Source of the DNA: a bacterium
Lineage (GTDB): Bacteria > UBA8248
Length of the DNA: 64,000 nucleotides
Direction: 5' to 3'
Assembly: GCA_022828125.1 (NCBI GenBank)
Contig: JAJEJD010000030.1
Span: 26,176-90,175, forward strand
Position 1 is the stretch's first letter. Each line of letters opens with the position of its first letter. Under the pieces are notes generated by a model, which worked only from the letters and a program-made list of their open reading frames with translations, searched no databases and was not told where the DNA came from. Shown here one piece after another: positions 63,969-64,000 of the stretch. Position numbers and translations under genes: made by a program.

Positions 63969-64000
63969 GATAAAGGCAACCCCCCCTACCCCCCCTTAAC
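63969..64000. repeat. R1 palindrome left arm, cut by the window end
   Basis: GATAAAGGCAACCCCCCCTACCCCCCCTTAAC is identical in layout to the other R1 left arms. Confidence 0.7.

Noticed and set aside
1-64000. Scan of all intergenic regions for tRNA, rRNA, tmRNA and obvious riboswitch signatures.
   Set aside because: I found no T-loop/acceptor-stem-like GGTTCGAATCC context, no rRNA-like conserved blocks and no recognisable riboswitch cores by eye. A covariance-model scan (tRNAscan-SE/Infernal) would be needed to exclude them formally.

Overview
GC-rich bacterial chromosomal window. It holds about 55 protein genes. I saw no rRNA, tRNA or CRISPR array. All family calls come from motif recognition by eye, since no searches could be run.

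The backbone is a nitrogen and organic-acid scavenging neighbourhood:
- a partial hydantoinase A, three LLM-type flavin/F420 oxidoreductases and an aryl-CoA-type ligase;
- a NitT/TauT-type ABC system, a HAAT (Liv-type) ABC system and three separate TctCBA tripartite tricarboxylate transporter loci;
- an aldehyde dehydrogenase, a PrpD/MmgE protein and two MetE-C-terminal-like proteins;
- a TRZ/ATZ-type amidohydrolase, a dihydropyrimidinase-like cyclic amidase and a large amidase-signature enzyme;
- a complete urtABCDE-ureABCEFGD urea uptake and urease supercluster.

Accessory content stands out against this backbone:
1. An AT-rich ~2.6 kb insertion (47703-50341) lies between two diverged direct copies of the amidohydrolase 5' end. 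It carries a tightly coupled cassette of small ORFs I cannot assign to any family, plus a decayed IS1595-type transposase. This is my best candidate for an undescribed TA- or defence-like module.
2. Two tandem lower-GC surface-lipoprotein genes have TbpB/fHbp-like C-terminal barrels. They are bracketed by the same repeat modules on both sides.
3. A lower-GC GT25-GT4-GT25-FkbM glycosylation cluster has a duplicated leader sequence.
4. An orphan higA sits next to a higB that a repeat element has decapitated.
5. At least six short intergenic repeat families form nested mosaics at ten loci, reminiscent of neisserial intergenic mosaic elements.

Many long ORFs in the six-frame track are GC-rich shadow frames and were rejected.
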